Shown here: positions 63,896 to 64,000 of the stretch, piece after piece
Layout: each line of letters starts with the position of its first letter
How positions within the stretch are numbered: the first letter of the stretch is position 1
Assembly: GCA_002633005.1 (NCBI GenBank)
Contig: NMRA01000407.1
Coordinates: forward strand, 62,001-126,000
Length of the DNA: 64,000 nucleotides
Reading direction: 5' to 3'
Origin: Phoronis australis
Taxonomy: Eukaryota > Animalia > Phoronida
Position numbers and translations under genes: made by a program
The notes under the pieces: model-generated
Told to the model about the DNA's origin: nothing
Databases searched by the model: none
Seen by the model: only the letters and a program-made list of their open reading frames with translations

Positions 63896-63904
63896 GTATC
63901 CTTT
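63896..63904 (+). other. U12-type 5' splice site in FRA10AC1
   Basis: GCC|GTATCCTTT falls exactly where the conserved ..SMDA peptide ends. Confidence 0.85.
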
Positions 63905-64000
63905 GTTTCTCTAACCAGTTATGATTGATTTGCGAAGCTAAGACATGTAGTACTGCTGTGTCATAGCTATCAGATAAATACTGGCAACACTTAAATGATC

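Overview
AT-rich, intron-rich animal genomic DNA; the repeat types and gene structures suggest a marine invertebrate bilaterian (inference). By hand-splicing with consistent phases I reconstructed five genes. (1) A highly divergent DMRT/doublesex-family gene with DM and DMA domains (+, 10501-~16256). (2) A short PGC-1/PPRC1/spargel-family coactivator (-, 33702-23510). (3) A C6orf163-like coiled-coil gene (+, 39179-42510). (4) EXOSC1/Csl4 (-, 57246-45466). (5) The 5' part of FRA10AC1 (+, from 57344, running off the window). EXOSC1 and FRA10AC1 are head-to-head with only 97 bp between their ATGs, and each has a U12-type (GTATCCTT) intron. Introns and intergenic DNA hold many non-autonomous transposons (Helentron/HINE-like, Kolobok-, piggyBac-, P/hAT-like MITEs), an RTE-X/L2-like LINE fragment, a probable solo LTR, a ~1.55 kb foldback and several tandem repeats. 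There are no CRISPR arrays, rRNA or convincing tRNA genes. The most promising novelty is the DMRT with re-spaced zinc ligands and a replaced recognition helix. Next are the compact minor-intron gene pair flanked by foldback DNA and a modular, promoter-clustered MITE family.
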